Source: a virus
Taxonomy: Duplodnaviria; Caudoviricetes
Virus record (IMG/VR): IMGVR_UViG_3300008259_004318
Span: 1 to 56,832 of that record
DNA: 56,832 bases
Reading direction: 5' to 3' (one strand)
The translations under genes were made by a program, and so were the position numbers. This document shows positions 54,897 to 56,832 of this stretch, piece after piece (positions within the stretch are counted from its first letter, which is position 1; each line of letters starts with the position of its first letter). Below the pieces are notes generated by a model that was not told the origin of the DNA, did not search any database, and saw only the letters and a program-made list of their open reading frames with translations.

Positions 54897-56351
54897 ATGA
54901 AAAACTTAAAAACAACAATCACAACACTTTTAATCAGTTTAGTAACTGTAATATCTTTCGGACAAAAAAGTTCAGTATGGGCTACCGTAGAAAATGTAGA
55001 ACAACTTCAAAAAAATCAACAATTTATTTCAATACTTACGGACTTACATACTGACTTAACATACTATAAAGCATTTGCATCTTCAAAACAAGAAAAATTA
55101 CAAAATGTATATGAATTTACTTGTGCTAATTGTGACGTAACCGATTTATACGTATCATTAAGTAGAGTTAGTGGATTAAAAGGTGTTGAGTATGGTCCTA
55201 CATATGAAACATTAGAAGTACCAAATGACTATAGTTTAGTTTCTACAACAAATTGGGCTTTAGATTTAATCGGGGCTGAAAACGCTTGGGTTTATACAAC
55301 AGGGGACTCAACAATAAACGTGGCGGTATCAGATCAAAACTTTTACACAAATCACGAAGAATTAACAGGTAAAATCAATTATTATGACAACACAAACACG
55401 GCAACAAAAACTCACGGTACGGCCGTGGCAACAATAGTTGCAGGAAACACAAATAATTCAGTAGGTCTTGCATCAATCGGTTATAACACAACACTTAACC
55501 TTTATAGAATGAACTATAATGATATGTTAATTGCTTCTTACAACGGTGCTAGAGTAATTAACTTATCTTGGGCATCAGGGTGTAATTATAACACATATGC
55601 TCAAATGGCGATAGATGAGGTTTATAATAACGGAACATTTATCGTTGCATCGGCAGGAAACGGAACAACATGTGGAAGTCCTAACGCATTAGTATACCCA
55701 GCATCTTACAATCACGTATTCGCAGTAACAAGTGTTGGTTCACAAGATAATATTGAAAAAACAATCGGTAATCCAAACACAAGACACCAAACAAATTCAA
55801 GTGTAGATATTTGTGCACCTGGTCACAACGTACCTTTAACAGCAGCACCAGGATGGTATTTGAATTCTTCAGGAACATCATTCGCAGCACCTTACGTTAC
55901 AGGAACTGTGGCTCTTATGTTATCTGTTAAACCTGATTTAACAAATCAAGAAATAGATTCAATTTTAAGATTAACGGCAACTAACATAGATATTTTAAAT
56001 CCAAACTATATTGGTAAAATAGGTTCAGGAAGATTAAACTCAGGATTGGCAGTTCAAACAGTATGGAATATGATTCAAGAAGTAGAAGACGGAAATAACG
56101 GTCATGGTAACGACGCTGACGGTGTAGATGGTTCTAACCCTGGACAAGGTGGAGGAAACAACGGTAATCAAGGTGGAAATGGAAATCACTTCGGGTGGGA
56201 TAACAAAGATAAAGTAACTTTAGGTGATGACTTATCAGATGTGACAGTAATTGATATAAATGGTAAAATAACAAACATAGAAAACGCATTACCTGGATTC
56301 TACTTTGTTGTTAGCAATAATTTAATAATCAAAAAAATATACAAAAATTAA
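54897..56351 (+). CDS. secreted S8 (subtilisin-like) serine peptidase with a T9SS-like C-terminal domain
   Basis: Signal ...ISFG|Q; VAVSD, HGTAVA, SAGNG, SGTSFAAP; C-terminal VIDING...LPGFYFV...KKIYKN. Confidence 0.88.
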   Translation: MKNLKTTITTLLISLVTVISFGQKSSVWATVENVEQLQKNQQFISILTDLHTDLTYYKAFASSKQEKLQNVYEFTCANCDVTDLYVSLSRVSGLKGVEYGPTYETLEVPNDYSLVSTTNWALDLIGAENAWVYTTGDSTINVAVSDQNFYTNHEELTGKINYYDNTNTATKTHGTAVATIVAGNTNNSVGLASIGYNTTLNLYRMNYNDMLIASYNGARVINLSWASGCNYNTYAQMAIDEVYNNGTFIVASAGNGTTCGSPNALVYPASYNHVFAVTSVGSQDNIEKTIGNPNTRHQTNSSVDICAPGHNVPLTAAPGWYLNSSGTSFAAPYVTGTVALMLSVKPDLTNQEIDSILRLTATNIDILNPNYIGKIGSGRLNSGLAVQTVWNMIQEVEDGNNGHGNDADGVDGSNPGQGGGNNGNQGGNGNHFGWDNKDKVTLGDDLSDVTVIDINGKITNIENALPGFYFVVSNNLIIKKIYKN

Positions 56352-56352
56352 T

Positions 56353-56451
56353 ATGAAAAAGTTTTTAGATAATCTAAAATTGTTCTCTTTAGTCTTTATG
56401 ACCGTGTTTTCAATAACAACAGTATTCAAGATAATCATTATAGGAGTGTAA
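56353..56451 (+). CDS. 32-aa hydrophobic small protein
   Basis: MKKFLDNLKLFSLVFMTVFSITTVFKIIIIGV*, starting 1 nt after the S8 stop. Confidence 0.45.
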   Translation: MKKFLDNLKLFSLVFMTVFSITTVFKIIIIGV

Positions 56452-56562
56452 ATATAAAAGATTTCCCCACAAATATTCATTTACACATTAAAATGGTTGA
56501 CCAATAAGTAGTTCCCCTATATTTATTTATAGGGGAAATCTTATTTTTAAAAAAATACTTTA

Positions 56563-56832
56563 ATGAAAAAACTGTTTTTTATTCTAACACTTCTAATTTC
56601 TTTGGGGGTAAAATCACAATGTAATCAATATTTAATTTACGAAAGTTTTACAAGTACATTAACAACACAAGGAGGTACATGGGGTGTAAATTCCATACTT
56701 GCATCGACTTCACCAACTAGAACCGGTAATTATGCCGCAGGATTTAATGGTACCGGAGATTGGATTAGAACACCACAAATTGCAAATCCTGGGGTTCTTT
56801 CTTTTTGGTATAGAAGAAGTAGTAACTCAACT
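56563..56832 (+). CDS. secreted protein, partial (runs off the window)
   Basis: MKKLFFILTLLISLGVKS|QCNQ...DWIRTPQIANPGVLSFWYRR; frame open to the end. Confidence 0.8.
   Translation, partial: MKKLFFILTLLISLGVKSQCNQYLIYESFTSTLTTQGGTWGVNSILASTSPTRTGNYAAGFNGTGDWIRTPQIANPGVLSFWYRRSSNST

Noticed and set aside
1-56832. Bacterial chromosome or prophage interpretation
   Set aside because: Host-like genes (uvrC, clpC, ssrA, rpsU) are interspersed with T4-like virion genes and share phage promoter motifs; no integrase or att site is visible.

Overview
AT-rich 56.8 kb segment of a large T4-like (jumbo) dsDNA phage. The host is most likely Bacteroidota (Flavobacteria-like): there are TAnnTTTG promoters, no Shine-Dalgarno (SD) sites, signal peptides with Gln at +1, a T9SS-like C-terminal domain and a Bacteroidota-type bS21. 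Left to right: uvrC-like nuclease, PAP2 phosphatase, ferritin-like protein, lysozyme-SGNH fusion and large putative virion proteins (1-15 kb); a tail-fibre/appendage block with a (Gly-Thr-Ser)n collagen-like protein, Gly-rich proteins and a three-domain glycosyltransferase (15-33.6 kb); a host-interaction block with a pyrimidine-dimer glycosylase-like gene, a 213-nt tmRNA, a Zn peptidase, ClpC plus a double-UVR protein, KTSC and a nucleotidyltransferase (33.4-42.4 kb); the head module of terminase, portal, bS21, prohead protease, scaffold and major capsid (42.5-54.7 kb); then secreted proteins. The most notable observation is a ~130-nt structured non-coding element at 14877-15008. It carries an 18-nt tract complementary to the Bacteroidota 16S rRNA 3' end, has no downstream start codon, and is followed by a terminator. 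It is a candidate ribosome-decoy RNA that may act with the phage bS21 and tmRNA. Also seen: a TATTTAT putative late promoter before about 20 genes, a shared N-terminal leader on late proteins, and four apparent internal-deletion junctions. All calls come from reading the sequence; no searches were run.
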